Origin: Mobula hypostoma
Lineage: Eukaryota
DNA length: 64,000 bases
Assembly: GCF_963921235.1 (NCBI RefSeq)
Contig: NC_086097.1
Span: 83,392,001 to 83,456,000, forward strand
Direction of reading: 5' to 3'
Under the pieces are notes generated by a model. That model saw only the letters and a list, made by a program, of their open reading frames with translations. It did not search any database and was not told the DNA's origin. This document shows positions 1 through 14,349 of this stretch, piece by piece (the first letter of the stretch is position 1; every line of letters starts with the position of its first letter). The position numbers and the translations under genes are program-made.

Positions 1-1015
1 ACGCAGGGGTCCAGCGGTAGCCGGGAGGTACACAGCACATCTTTAAGAAAAAAGCCGAAACAAACATGCTAATTAATTAGGTGCTGCCCGCAATTGTCGG
101 CCCAGATCAGTGCCAATTTCCGATTGCGTTGTCTCTGATCTGGGCCGACAATTACGTGTCGGCGGCACCTAATTAATTAGCGTGTTTATTTCAGTTTTTT
201 TCTTAAAGATGTTCTGTGTGCCTCCCAGCTACCATTGCATTCTCCGCGAATCGGTATCTGTCCGTGGCCTGGGGGTTGGGGTGGTGGGACACTGGGGTGT
301 CATCTCATCGCCTATTTCCATTAGAGCAGGCAGCTCATCTTCTTCTATGACTGCCCGCCTCGATGTCGAAGGTCGAGGTTCGTGGTCTGCTGTGGCTGAT
401 ATGGAAGGTTTGCTTGACTGCTGAGCCTCACGCATTTTTCTATCACACAGTTCTTTAATAAGGACTCAAACCATCCTGCAAATATCCCCTAAACCAACGT
501 ACCCGTTCAAAATTAAAGTCGTACTTTATCATTACTCATTCGGTTTCCATTGTTATCCTTTTTGCTTCCAATTGCATCAGCTTTTCATCTGTCAGTTCTT
601 GGTGATGGGATGCCAAAACATCATGTTCGTCAGCTTCCACAAGCCAAACTCACGTTGTCCTTACTTCGATCACCACGATCAAAACGCTTAATTATGTCTA
701 GTTTTATCGTAAGTGTAACACCTTTACGAGCTCTTTCAAGCTTTTCCGATACCATAGAACTCATCTCGCGAACGGCTGCTCACAGGCTCGTGTTAAAGCA
801 AAGCAGTTCCGAATCCGGGGGAGAGCGGCTGCTCGGGGCGTGCTGCCTTTTATCGCGCACTGATTTTTTTCGCGTGCTGATTTTTTTATCGCGCGCTGAA
901 TTTTTTTTTCGTAACAGTGAAAACACCTTCTGAAAGCGAAAACAGGGTACTAATGTAGGTCTTTCGTAACAGTGAGGTTTCATAAAGCAAACGTTCGAAA
1001 AGCGGGGGACACCTG
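1..1015 (-). mobile_element. Tigger/pogo-like (Tc1-mariner) non-autonomous DNA transposon, left end outside window
   Basis: Minus strand from ATG at 755 reads MVSEKLERARKGVTLTIKLDIIKRFDRGDRSKD, resembling the CENP-B-type N-terminal HTH of Tigger transposases, then stops. Terminus at 1015 reads CAGGTGTCCCCCGCTTTTCGAA on the minus strand (pogo-like TIR). Long internal palindrome at 16-233. Confidence 0.75.
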
Positions 1016-1638
1016 CATTGCCATAACAATTTAGTGATTCTGCATCAGTGTGTTCAAGTAATGAATTTGTTCATTTTGTCAAAAGGGGTGCTAGATTTTG
1101 TTTTCTTTCAGTGGGATAATTCTCTATTTCTCCAAGTTTAATGCAAGAGCCATATTCACCTGTATTCATTTAACTAAATTCAATTGCTGGAATGCAGAGG
1201 GAGTTATTGTTAAATATTCATTCAGCTATATGACAAGATACTGTAACAATGCATCTCAGTTTATTGCTCCAATAAGAAGACAATAGGACAGATATCATTG
1301 TATCCTTCCACTTGAAATGGGGTAAAAATATTCAAATTCCATCCTCGGCATCTTTGTGGGAGCACTGTCTTCAAAAGAGGTGGCCAGGTTGTGTTGTAAC
1401 AATTGATTGAGAAGTGCACAGCACCTTTTCAGAACCTCTAGAGAGATATGATACAATACAGGTTTACCAGTGTCAATCATAATCCCAAGAACAAATAACT
1501 TCAGTAGTACTTTGATCACATTCTTGGCAAATAACAAGTTGTTGGTACAATATTTTTTTTAAATGCATGCTTCTGCTTCTGCAGTGTTAGTGAGTATTCG
1601 TCTGGCAAATAATTTTTCATGTTTTACTTTTCCAACAG

Positions 1639-1767
1639 AGCCAACCTTTGGAACAGTCAGTCCAACACTATGTGAGAGGCTGATAAACTGTACCTTGACA
1701 GTGAAGGATTGTCCGCATGGTTTTGTACAAGATGAGAAGGGATGCCTGATGTGCCAATGTCTACCTA
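1639..1767 (+). CDS. CRIM1-like: CRIM1-like exon (antistasin domain 1); gene starts upstream of window
   Basis: ttttccaacag acceptor and gtaagt donor, 129 nt, phase 1-1. EPTFGTVSPTLCERLINCTLTVKDCPHGFVQDEKGCLMCQCLP has the antistasin C..C..CPxGFxxDxxGCxxCxC pattern. Confidence 0.93.
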
Positions 1768-3449
1768 GTAAGTGTTTCAGGATACCAGAAAACATTGAGT
1801 TACTGGGTACTAAAATCCTAAGAAAGTAAAAGTAATTTTCTAATAGATAACACATACCTAAACTGATTATCTCCCTCCCAAAAATCTCCAGAAAATGCAG
1901 AGGAATTTTCATTGCCAATTGTGCTCTGACTTTTAGCTCTTACTTGCTTGAACCCATCATTCTCGGTGTTATGTGCCAGCAATAATGTGCAGTGTGTAAT
2001 TTTACCAAAGTCCAAATGCACAGTACATAGATGTTGAATAATTAACAATAAATGATGGTGAGCGCATCATGTCGATTTCCCTTCATCTGTAAACTATCAG
2101 TTTTGTTCACTCATGTTCGGTGTCATAATGGAGAACAGAGGGTGTTATAAGGGTCCAGTTAAACTATCTCGGAGATAGGTCACAGTGAGTCTTTTTTCCC
2201 CATGCCTTCAAAGATATTTAGCTTGGGTGCCTTGTGCCTAATGTGACTTTTGCACATTATTGTAGTAACTTTAGGTATTGCACTGTACAGCTGCCACAAA
2301 AAAAAACACATTTCATAATACATGTGAGAGATGATAAGCCTGATTCTGATATGGGTCTCTATCGTGGACTGAGAGTGGGAAGGGGAGCAAGGAGAGGGGA
2401 ATCGTGGTTGGGAGAAGGGGAAGGGAGAGGGGAAGAACAGGAAACACCAGGAAAACATTCTGTAATGATCAATAAGCCACTTGTTTGGAATCAGATAACC
2501 TTGCCTGGTGTCTCAGGGCTGGGTGTGTCTTCACCAGTGGTACCCACCCTGGTCCCTGGTACTCCTGCTCTACCACTTGTCCCGCACCCTCGGCACTCCA
2601 CCCTCGCCTTTCCCAACATGCTTTGCTCCCGCCAGGTTTACAAACTCGTTCTCTGCTCCATGTTGACAAATACAGCGTGCAAAAGTCTTCGGCACCCTAA
2701 CAATATGTATATGCCCAAGACTTTTGCACAGTACTGTAGCTGAAATTAAAAATTACCTCCATTCAGAAAATAAAATGTCAAGATTATTCCTTGTAGCAAC
2801 GATCACATCCATTCTACCAAAGATGCACTGAAGCAGTCCTAATCCTACACGTGGTCTTTATTGATAACAATAGAAGCAAAGTTAATGAAGGTCATAGTGT
2901 TATTTACCCGCAGCACCAGGAATCTGCATGGCTTCTCCTGTTTCCTTTGCTTAGGCTTAGAGAGTGGGGAAGAGGATTGAGTGAAACCTTGAAATTCCCC
3001 GAAATTACCATTGTATACTCATCATATGATCCTTTGAATTGGAGTTCCCTGCTCGTGATGTTGTAGCTTCCATAAATATTTTAGTACCATCGAGAGAAAT
3101 GTAGCCCTTCAGCCAACACCTCCTGTTGCAACTCGATCTACAAAATGCAGAACAGAATAGACTTCTACATTCAGGAAAGTGCAGCACATTTGTGGTAGCG
3201 CAGATGGTAAATCTTTCTTGGAAACTCGCAGTTCATAATCTAGGGTTGACGCAAGTTTGTTAATCAGCTGAGAATCTTTGTTACCTCTTTCCAGGAAACA
3301 TCAGCATAGTAATTATTTTCTGTGCTAGCCTCCAAGTTTCCACTTGTCTGTGAATTATTTTCCTCTCATTGGCATTGGCTTTGCTCGTTTTGTTTAACCA
3401 CTTGCCTTCGCCAAATATGATCCTCTGTATCATGGAGAATTAAGTGATA

Positions 3450-3680
3450 AAGCACAGAAACACACCCATGCTGGTCAAGGTGCCTTCCTGAGCATGTCCC
3501 ATTTGCCTGCATATCTCTCGACACCTATCTAAATGTCTTTTCAATGCTATAATTGTACCTGCCTCTACCACTTCTTTTGGCAAACTCATTTCATATACCC
3601 ATCATCATCTGTGGTAAAAATTTGTCCCCCTTAAATCTCTTCCCCTCTCATCTTAAACCCATGCTTTCTAGTCTTATTAT
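3450..3680 (-). mobile_element. Degenerate CR1 LINE 3' fragment
   Basis: Resembles the reverse complement of the CR1 3' end seen in better copies here (cccatttgcctgc...attgtacctgcctctaccact). Confidence 0.55.
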
Positions 3681-4987
3681 GTGCCCATCGTCCTTTTGTC
3701 CATGCCCCCCATTGTTCTATAAGGTCATGGAGACGGAGGGAATATGGAGGCCGGACGTAACCAGGATGACTCATAAGTTAAGTTAGGTACATCAGTCTGT
3801 GAGCAGAAATCTGAGTCCATGCCATTTTAAAAACTGGATCTGGTAAGAAAGAAATAATTGTCCACTTTTGCTTAACCATTCACTATCCCTGACACCCCAC
3901 CCTCACCTTTTCTGGCTGACATCACGTCTTCTCCTCCCTATCAAGAACAGTCATATTAAAGAACAACCTCACATATGGTCAAAAATACATCACTACCAAA
4001 CCCAGCTACCTCTTCCATCCATATCCTTCTGGCATAATTCCAGGATCTGAAGCGCACAAAAACAGGTTCATAACTCATGCCAAAACAGCTTTAAAACACA
4101 TATATTTTCATTCTATTGTGTTTAAAACAGGAACTTGCCATCTGTCAAGTGTGCTTAAAAATCAGCTAGTACTGTAAACTTCTATTGCCAAACATGTAAA
4201 TACATGTAAAAGACTGAGTATTTTTAAAGCTTACTCATCACCTCATAAGCGACTAAATATTCTTTATTGGTGAAGTCAATGCTTTGATGTGCATACGATC
4301 CATAATTTGTCTCCTTGTCACATCCACTATTTCCCATAATTCTGATCAGAACAACTGCTGCTAATTTCAAAGTTTATAGTACCAAAATGCTCCACACACG
4401 CTTTGTCAGTGTTCCAGTGGCCTAGAGTCAGAAGCTGGAAACGGAACATACGCAGTAATAAAATGGAACAGGAGTTGGTCTGCTTGCATCTCATTCAGGG
4501 AACAGTTTTATTGCCATGATGCTTAATACTGCAGTCATCTCTCAAGATAAGTGTGCTCATGATAAGTAAAATACTTTTGACATGATTAGTTATGGATTGG
4601 AGGTTTGAAAAATAGCATGCTATTTTACAAATTAGCTGTAAGTAAGGAACCGGATTTGCCACACCGCAAACTCAATTAATTTACAATTTAGAGTGATGAG
4701 ATGTGGATCTGTTTGTTTGATCAGCCTTGCCATTAGCTGGAGCTGTTGTCCAGGGGCCAAGTAGTTACAATTCATCCAAGCAGCTATTGTACACTATTTA
4801 TAAAGCCTGACCCAGCAAGAGGCAGCTTGGCTGTTTGCCTTTTTCAAGTGAAGAATGATACAAGAATGTTGAATGAGAAGTGAGGAAATGAATCACAATG
4901 TTTTGGTCGACAGAGATGTATTGTTTTGTTGTTAGTACATTTTGTACCAAGTTGTAACCAATAGTAAATAACATCTTTTTGTTCCAG

Positions 4988-5141
4988 AGGAACCCTGCCC
5001 AGATTTGATATCGTATTGCTCTTTAGATTGTCCCCATGGTTTTCTGATGGATGTAGATGACTGCGTCATCTGTGAGTGCCGACCACAGCCACACAAGTGC
5101 CGAAAACTTTCCTGCAATAAGCACTGTCCCTATGGCTTTAT
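4988..5141 (+). CDS. CRIM1-like: CRIM1-like exon (antistasin 2 and start of 3)
   Basis: tttttgttccag acceptor and gtaagt donor, 154 nt, phase 1-2. KEPCPDLISYCSLDCPHGFLMDVDDCVICECRPQPHKCRKLSCNKHCPYGF. Not in the ORF track; read manually. Confidence 0.93.
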
Positions 5142-7006
5142 GTAAGTACAGCAGACCAGCACCAAGTGAATAAATCAGTTGGATAGCTTTTACCACTTAG
5201 AGAACAGGTACAGATGTTTCCTTTTAATTAAATAACTAGGGTTCATCACTTTCTTATTCTTTAAAATAATTCAAGGAAGCACAGCACTTTATCAAGAATC
5301 AACAACAACTGGAGAATCTTGAGAATGTATTACAGATTCCGATGTTGGTTAAAAAAAATTCCAATTTTTTTTCCTTTCGGTTATTATTTCTGTTTCACTG
5401 AGTGACAATTGCAATGATATGCAAATTATTTAGAAGTATTTACTTTACTTTATTGTCGCCAGACAATTGATACCAGAGCGTACAATCATCACAGTGATAT
5501 TTGATTCTGCGCTTTGCGCAGTAAAAAGGTATTCTTTCAAAAGTGCCGTGCATGCTTCATCTAGCTCCCGCAGAATTGTCTTGGTCTCCAGGAAGTGAAG
5601 ATTCTTCTCCCATAAGCAATCCTGAGTAAAGTTAATCAGGACAAATATTTTATTTCATTAGTTATTTATTTTTTAAATCATTGTAGAGAGGAACTTAAGG
5701 GTGTTTGGTGAAAATTATCTCATATTTTTCACAAAGAAGAGACCATTTAACTCAATGAGTCCATGTCAGCTGTCAGAGTAATTCCACCAATCCCATTCTC
5801 CCACTTATTACCCCATAACCTTCTCTCTCTTGCATGCCCATTTGCTCCATCCATTGAATGACTGTTAGCTTTCTTATTGGTGTGTTGGCCTGTAAGACAA
5901 AATTAGCAGAGGATATGAGATTTCAGAATGCTATATACAAAAATCGACTTCAGATGCTAACAATCAGAAGAAATGAATGTGATGTGATTATTTGTTTATG
6001 AATCTGATTGCCTGTTTTCACTGCTGCTCTTTCTGTATCATAGGTACATGTTTGTTATTAGCACCTGCAGAGAGAACTACAGTACTAGCATTGTTGAATT
6101 AAAGAATTAAATTGTTTACTAGGCATATTTACCATACCCATACTTATGGCTTCCACATTAAGAAAGCTCCATCTACAATACACATTACAAGCAAGTTGAC
6201 CTTTGCTGATATCCAAACATGAATCTTTCTTCAAGTTTACTTAATGCTACTTCCTCATTTACTGCAGATAGTTTAAAGCTGCAGCCCATCAAAAATACTG
6301 TTTTATGTCTTAATAAAGTGATATACAATTTCAATGACGTGAACAAATATATTGATATCCATCATATTGTTGTAAAAAATGTAATGTGTGTGTGTCAGCT
6401 TATCTCTTTGGTGGCATTAGGCCTCTACATCTGAAAGGTTGAAGCTCATTTCAGAATTTATCTCGTATAACCTAATTGAACAACAAATACAACAGTGAGA
6501 GAGTTTAACGTTGCCACATGTATGGTCCTTCAAAGGAACCATTCTGCCAATGACATGAGTGAAATATTTTGTGAGTGAAATATCTTGTGATATTAATTTT
6601 AAGAAATACTTTTTTTCTGCCTAGTATGCTGCCTTTAATCAAGATGGCTGGAAAATGTCCCCTGCTCCTTGATTTTCATTTTTATTGATTTCATTTTTTT
6701 TTATTTAATCAATGTTGTCAACATTGAAACAAATGTTTGCTCTTCAGAAGTAATTTCTGAACATAATGTGTTTGATCAATAGGATCAGGGTTTTGTAATT
6801 TAAAAACAGATATTTTGATGTTCGAAAATTAAATTTAAAATATAAAGTGCTGGTAAAATACTCAGCTGGTCAGACAGCATCTGAAGAACAAAGTTAATGT
6901 TTCATGTTGATGAACCCCAGTGAAAATATAAGCATCCCTTTAATTAATAGGTATGTCCTGCATGAGGTCAGTCTCACCCAGAATTTGCTTTTTGCCTTAT
7001 TTTTAG

Positions 7007-7128
7007 GAGAAACAAACATGGTTGTGAGATGTGCCGCTGTGTGAAATGCCCACCGCTTACCTGTGACAAGTACTGCCCAGAAGGGTATGAAAAGAATAAG
7101 AAAGGATGCTCCATGTGCAAATGCAAAG
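7007..7128 (+). CDS. CRIM1-like: CRIM1-like exon (end of antistasin 3, antistasin 4)
   Basis: ttatttttag acceptor and gtacca donor, 122 nt, phase 2-1. MRNKHGCEMCRCVKCPPLTCDKYCPEGYEKNKKGCSMCKCK. Confidence 0.93.
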
Positions 7129-7875
7129 GTACCATAACATTAACTCATTTAAGGATATATTTCGTCAATATTTGGAAAGAGATTATACGGTCAGGAATGT
7201 CAACAATGCAACAAATTTTCACATTGGTATTTGCATTGAGTTAAGGGCCATTAAAATAACGCTTAGCTCTTTTATAGATTTGACTCCATTAAAGTTATGA
7301 ATATGTCTGATTTTTAATCTATGTCATGGATTATAATCTCAAAAATAACAAAGGCAGTATATTTTCCTTTTATTCGCAATTGACATCCATTGAATTTAAC
7401 AGAAGGAGAAAATGTATTGGAGAAATAATTAGCTGTCTCCTGAAATCTTAGGCAGATTTTTTTTTAAACTGAAATCTTGGTCCATCCAACCTTACTTGAA
7501 GGACATGCTGCTTATGACAAGAGTTTAAGTTTTTCAACCAAATTCATTACTTTTTCTTGCTGGGGAGAAATAGCGGACAGCCAGTCTGAAAGTTGGAGAT
7601 CTACATCATTGGTATTTTTGATGCCTGAAAGACCATAAAGGATTAATAGTGTTTTGCAGTGTACATAGTTTTGCACTTTAACAACGTAAGAAGCTGCGTG
7701 ATGTCAACCCTCGGTGGGATTCTTCTGAAGTAAAAAGACTGGCTCAATTAATGGCTTGAGCAACATTACTCAAACCAGAAAAATCAAGCCAAAATATTTC
7801 ACTCCCAAATGTATGCTCCATGTAGGAGGAAAAAAATAGTGACACAAAACACTGCAGCTGCTTGTATCTGAGGCA

Positions 7876-8190
7876 ACAAACAATGTGCTGGAGGAACTCA
7901 GTGGGTCGAGTAGCATTGCTATGGAGAAAGAAGTTGCTGACATTTTGGGTTGAAAGCCTGCATCAGGATGTCACCTGCATGCCAACAATTACCTCCCTGA
8001 CACAGATGCTGCACGGCTCCCACCTTTTAATCTGGCAATCCTCCAGCCTTTCCAGTCCTGATGGAGGGCCTTGGCCCAAAACATTGACTGTTGACTCATT
8101 TCCATAGATGCTGCCTGACTTGCTAGTTCCTCCAGCATCTTGTGTGTGTTGCTCTGGACATCCAGCATCTGCAGAATCTCTTGTGTTTAT
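7876..8190. mobile_element. Fold-back element made of two inverted Penelope-like terminal repeats
   Basis: Left arm gctggaggaactcag...gacattttgggttgaaagcctgcatcagga is the imperfect reverse complement of right arm tcctgatggagggccttggcccaaaacattgac...gttcctccagc. Same motif as the Penelope termini at 38118 and 44671. Confidence 0.7.
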
Positions 8191-11100
8191 GTTCAATTCT
8201 CTCAATTCCCCGAATTCTCAGTATTTTCTTTTTGGGTCCCTCCTCCTGGTCATCTGCATATAGCGCTTCCGAATTCTCTTTTACCAGGTCCTATCTTATC
8301 ACATTGCTATCAGTCTTTCTCCAATAAGGGAACTTAATTTCTGATACATCGTCCTTCTCCATGACATCCTTAAAGCAAGAGTTATGGTTTCTGTCTCTGA
8401 AATGTTCACCCACTGCAACTCCTACCAGTTACCAATACATTTTCAAACAGCAGATTTGCTCCTCCTTCAGTCGAACAATCTACAGACAGGCTCAAAAAGG
8501 TCTCCTGGACATACTTAAAAAAATTCTAACCCCTCTAAGCATTTCACATTAATGTAATCACCGTTAGTATTAGGAAGATGAAATACGAGAGTTTGGAAGG
8601 TGCTGTCTGCAGCATCTTGGTGAGTTGCTGCAGTACATCATGAAGATGGTACAAACTGCTGCTACATTTAGACAACTCTTATCTACACTGACATAACCTT
8701 CATCATTTAAAGTGTGGGAATGGCAGATATCTGGTCCAATACTTTGGTATTGCTATTTTCCTTCATTATTGTTATCGTGCTTCTGTTAATGTTGGCAAAT
8801 CCCAGCCCCTGATTAAATATTAGTTTTCTTTGGATTCTCTTTCTCTTTTATAAATATTGAAACAAGGTAATTATTGTCTGCTAATGCCTTAATTTAATTC
8901 ATAATATCACCATTATCAGTTATTAACTCAATATCAAGTCCCTTTCCTTTCAGAATCATTTAGCTGTTTATCAAACGTCCAAAGCACTTCCATCAATAAA
9001 CAAAACTTTTGTTTTACAATGGCGTTCTATGCTGAAATTGCAGCAAAACGCATTTCATAGAAATCTGCCCACTTAGTATCTGATTTCCCCCTCAGGCAAG
9101 TCTTATAGGCCATATGGTTGAAGCTGTTAAGCAGCAATGTTACATAAGTGGTCTTTTCTAACACATTGCAGTCTTCCGCAAGCTTCTAGCCATTTCACAT
9201 TAGGCACGTTGCCACTCATGTGATAGTCACATGCCAAGATCAGACTTATCTTTGAAGTGACAGGCTACCAGGCATCTTGCCAGATGTGAAAGGCTTGCTA
9301 CCACTACTCGATTGGGTGCCAAAACCCATTTTCTTTCATGCTTCTGGCTTTTATTCATCATGCTGCTGAGTATCGAAACTTGGCTCAAAAGCCGATAAGA
9401 AAGATAATGGTGGTTTGCATGATCTAATGTAGGATCAGGAACGCTATACTTTGCAGAAGGCATTTCTTCTATGTCCACCCCATTGGAAGTAACATAATAA
9501 TGATTTCGTGCAAACGTGCAGAATATGATGGCTCTTTAACATGGAACTAAATTCAGTGCTTAGGTATCTAATGATACTCAGTGATCATCGTGGTAGGTTA
9601 AATCATACAATATATTCTTTCAAATTTTGATTGTGGTTGAATGATACGATGTAAAATTTCCTCTGTCTGTTTGGAATGCCACAGGAAATTCCTATCACTT
9701 CCCTCTGACATCTGGCTCAAGTACAAGAAGCCGCATTGCATTAACAAAGGGTGCACAGACCCACTGAATCATTCTTCTTCCTCCCATCAGTTTTTCTAAA
9801 CAAATCATCTCCTTTACTTTCTCCTTTCACTGTCTACTTTCTACAAAACTGTGATGGAAAAAAAGTCAGTTTAAAGTAACCACTCCTAGTTTGGTTAATT
9901 TAAACTACAGGTTGAAATGTTGCATGGCATTAGGTGAAAATCAACCATAATCACAACTACCTTTAATAGTGTGCAATAGTTCAGTATACAACAGAGGTGT
10001 GAAGCATGGAAACACGCAGACTTGATTAATGGTCCAGCTTTAATTTACAATTGCATTATCTGCTTTTAGCATCCACTATATTCTTTTACTCAGTCTAGGA
10101 ATGTGCATTATCAAAAATGAAGTGCATAAAAGATTCTATATAATAAACTTCCTTACTGTATACAAAATGGTGATAATATTACTTTGGTATTTAAAATTGT
10201 TGCTGTAATTAATAAAAACAATTAACTGGTCCATTTTTCCTAACAGTTCTCTGTGTCTGCTTAGGTCATTTAAGTGCACACTACAGTCTGTATCTGAGCT
10301 GCTTAATGATCATGTATAAGAACAAAGCTAGAAAAAAGTATCTTACCTGAAATAAATGTTGATCAAGCTGAATTTCTTTCTGTCTCTGTGTGTTTATCTT
10401 TTTTCTTTTCTGTTTTTATCCACCAGACTATGAAAAGTGAGTCTTGTTCTGTAGAACAATCTGGATAATAATAACATTGTCTGTCTGAATGTAACTCAGT
10501 GGGATGTGTGAGTGGGTGTTGGTCTGTCAAAATAGGAATTACGAATCATTTACAAAATTCATTTAATAACACCTCGAACTATTGTATCATAATGTGAGCA
10601 AAAGAAGTTATTTTGAGAATGATGCAAAGTATAAAAGATGACTATCACGCATATCACTAGAAAATTCAGTTCCTGTTTAATGTTCTTCAGATTTGCTGTA
10701 TAACCAATTAAATTCACGTTGGTTTTTGCTTGAAACTTTTAATTTTTAAATCCATCTTTGCAGAAGTGGTCAGTTTTTTAAGTTATGAATTTGTTTATCA
10801 TTTCTCCCTCTTTTAACCTCACCCCAGCACACAAAATGACAGAGAAATGGGCAAGTAGCTTTTTCTCTGTCACTGAGTCAGTAAAACGCTGGACAGGTTC
10901 AAGGTGCTTAACTCTCTTGTGTTTTTCTCTGTTTAAAAGTCACTGACACTGATACATTCTTTTGTCACATATACTGTACTTAGGAAATGCGATCCAGCAC
11001 CTCTTAGCTTAATGCATCAGTACTAAATAACAGCATCAAGAGAAAACATTAGAGTTGTGTTAAATCAAAATAAAATTATTAGTAGTATTATTTTCAAATA

Positions 11101-11852
11101 GCATAATGACCTTTCATTAGTTCCTAATTTTATAACTGAGCCTAAATTAAACAAGTTCGTTGACTTTATTTTGACAGGGTAGATCTTATGTGATGTGTTT
11201 TATGGGTTGAATCCAATTCCTAACAAGCCTAGCTCAAAGCTAATTGATAATCCCGCTGTAAGAAATCTGGAAATGCTGATGCAGGTTATGGGAAATGTTA
11301 TACTGGGACCTGACCCTTTGGTATTGTGACTAGTGTAATTTAATAGAATAGAGTGGTTTGTATTCTGTATAACCATTGTTGTACCTTATTTGGGACTTTA
11401 CTTTCTGATATTGGCACATCGGATTTAAAAAAGAATGAAGCAGAGTTGTTTGTATTTTGTGTCTAACTACTGTTATAACTTACCATGGTGTTCCTAGTGG
11501 TGTTCTCCTATCTTGAAAAATGCTGGAGATACAGCAGGTCAGGGTAAAGCTGTGAAGAGAATGTTAACATTTCAGGTTTCTGATGGAAGAAGTAAATACC
11601 AGCTCTGTTTCTCATTACACTGATGCTATCCGATCTCCACTAGTTATCTCCAGGCACTTGCTGTTTCTATTTCAGTTTAACAAAATTTTCTGTTTTATGC
11701 TTTTTGATATTAAAGAAAAAAGTTGGTTAGGGAAATAATGCAATTTGACCTCCTAAAGCAATGCTAACAGCTAACAAAACTTAAGCCCTTGATGAGTTTT
11801 GGGTTGAGTAGATTAAATGTTTTTACATTTTCACACTTGGTTACTTTTATAG

Positions 11853-12071
11853 AGTCTGATGTGCATCTTAGCACCACCACTGCTCCAATTGCAACCAGTT
11901 TCTGCTTGACTGCTAACGGCCATCGCTATGAAGAAGGAGAAGGCTGGCATGATGGATGTAGAGACTGTTATTGTTACAGTGGAAAGGAAATGTGTGTGTT
12001 AATTACATGCCCTGTTCCAAACTGCCTCAATCCATTGGTCAAACCTGGGCAGTGCTGCCCCACCTGTCAAG
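11853..12071 (+). CDS. CRIM1-like: CRIM1-like exon (VWC domain)
   Basis: ttacttttatag acceptor and gtaagg donor, 219 nt, phase 1-1. CLTANGHRYEEGEGWHDGCRDCYCYSGKEMCVLITCPVPNCLNPLVKPGQCCPTC is a VWC pattern. Confidence 0.95.
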
Positions 12072-14349
12072 GTAAGGTGCACCTTAATCAGATTAGGTAA
12101 AGAGAAATTGATTTCTGCATTGAGTATGCCACTGAGCACAGCATAATTTTAAGTGATATGTTGTTAAGTGTAAAGCTGTTTAAGAAATATAGGAGAATTA
12201 ATGACAGGGGAACGAAACAGGAAATCAGTGCCAGAGGTCAGGTTAGTTTTATCAGTGAAAAATGATGAACTAACCCCAACATCCAGTTCCTCAATTTGAA
12301 AATAAAACATATACTGTTTCAAAATGGTAAATTATGCTGTCATTTTACATGCCACATCTGGATTTTTTTTTGAGTATATTGATGGGAAATTCCTCTGTCT
12401 ATTGACCATCATAAACTATATTGAGATAAAGACAGTGGAGTAGTCTTGAGCTGGTTCTTGATGAACAGCCATCTTGTACTGATTTCTCCCGAGCTGTATC
12501 GAAGCTGAAAGATCATAAGGCTGGAAATGTTGCACGGGAGCTGTGGGTGATCATCTCAACTTTTCCTTTAGATATGTTATTTATATAGAGCTACTTTTAT
12601 TATTGGCTTTGCCTCTGCTACACTGGACTTAACACTATGTGATGCTGCCACTAAATTGAAAAGTGCAGTAAAACTCTTGTATTCCTTTCCTTTGAAATAA
12701 ATACAGTTTCAAAAGTCCTGACATGAGAATTAATGTGAAAGGAAAATTCAGGAGGAAGCGTAACTTCAAAGTAAAATGGAAGTTTAGTTCTTTATGCGCA
12801 GTACAGTGACCCGATTTTCTCTGAGTGAAGCTAACATTTTAAGTCTCCTGGCATCTTTAATCTTTGATGTTAGTTTTGGGATAATCTTGCATGTTCCAAA
12901 ACATCTGCATTTATTTAACATTTGGTTGCTTTGGACCAACCTGTATAGTGGTGTGCAATTAGTTACTGTAAGTTTTCTCAGCCTGTTCCAAACATTTTAC
13001 AAATTGGTCTTTTCTAATAAGAATCTATGCCACTATTAATCTGCTTATTAAATATAATAGGTCTGGTCTACCTATTTTCTTCTTATGCCTTTAGGTCAAC
13101 AAATGTGGGTTAAAATATATAATGTTGATTGGAACTGCTGTCATCTGAAGTTTAGTGACTTTATATATTTTAGCTACTCATCAACATCACACAGATTTGC
13201 CTATTCAATTTAAATTACAGAAAACTGTCCCAAGCTCAGAAGTAGTTAGAGTAGGCTTTCTCGATCCATTGTAACTTTCTTTCAAACAGGTAGGAATTTC
13301 ATTGGCTCTATTAGAATATGTGTTAAGCTTTACTTCCCAGACGCATCCATGAGAGAGTTCCTACATCCTGGTGTGAAAGACAGAAGATCCAATCACTCCT
13401 CCCACTGTGCTGGAATTTCCTGTCCTCCTTACAGCAGTTGAAATCCCACTTACCAGATCCAAGTTAACAGGTTGAAAACATATCAGTACACAACAAGTTT
13501 TCCCATTTATAAGGTATCCAGTTTCACTTCCAGGGAAAATGAAATCACCAGTTAAGGAACAAGCTAATGGGGCACTTCTGCAATTTTTTCCTTAATGTTT
13601 GAAATTGATCAGTCAAGTCCAAAAGAAGTCTCAGATTCAATGCTATTCTCTATAGTTGGTGAACCGATTTCTGCCAGGGCAACGATACAACATAATGGTG
13701 GCTTTAAGTATACTTGGTTCAGCAAGAATACTTTTCCTTATCTGTCTTCGAATCCAATTATACCAGGACAGTGTGTGTGCAAGTGTGTGTGTGTGTGTGT
13801 GTGTATATATATTGGGAGGAAGGAGGAGTATAATGTACATGAAGTTAGAATACAGAGTCAAGATTGATTGTTTCCCATACGTGCCAGAGGGAGGAGAGGA
13901 AGGGATGTGCAGCTCAATAGACTGAAGGTACGTGTTTTTTTTTTCTCTTGGAAATCAGGCAGGCCAATTGTTGACAGAGCTTCAATGGTCAAGCTCTGAT
14001 GTTCTTTTAGATACAATATTTCTTCTGTCATCTTCTGTCTGACTCTGAGTGACTGGGCAGTTAATTCTCTGGGAAAGTAAGGATCTGCTTTCTCCCTTTC
14101 CTCAGGTTTGTGCTTAGTTACCAATCCTGCTAGAATCCCAATGAGTTATGCCATCAACTTGAAAATTATTCATGTCTGAACATTTTGTCTCTGTTTCCCA
14201 TTAATACCTCAGAATTGTGTTAAACTTTAAATCCATTAAACTTAGTGAGATAATCTAAATTTACAGATTTTTTTCATGCTCTGTGATTTTTATTCAGGTC
14301 CAATTCAACCAGGTCTTACTGGCATCTGCCATCTGCTCACAGTTGTCAC

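Noticed and set aside
2234..2743. 169-aa ORF in an intron
   Set aside because: Non-ATG start, no recognisable domain, low-complexity sequence.
13771..13811. (TG)n/(TA)n tract
   Set aside because: Ordinary microsatellite.
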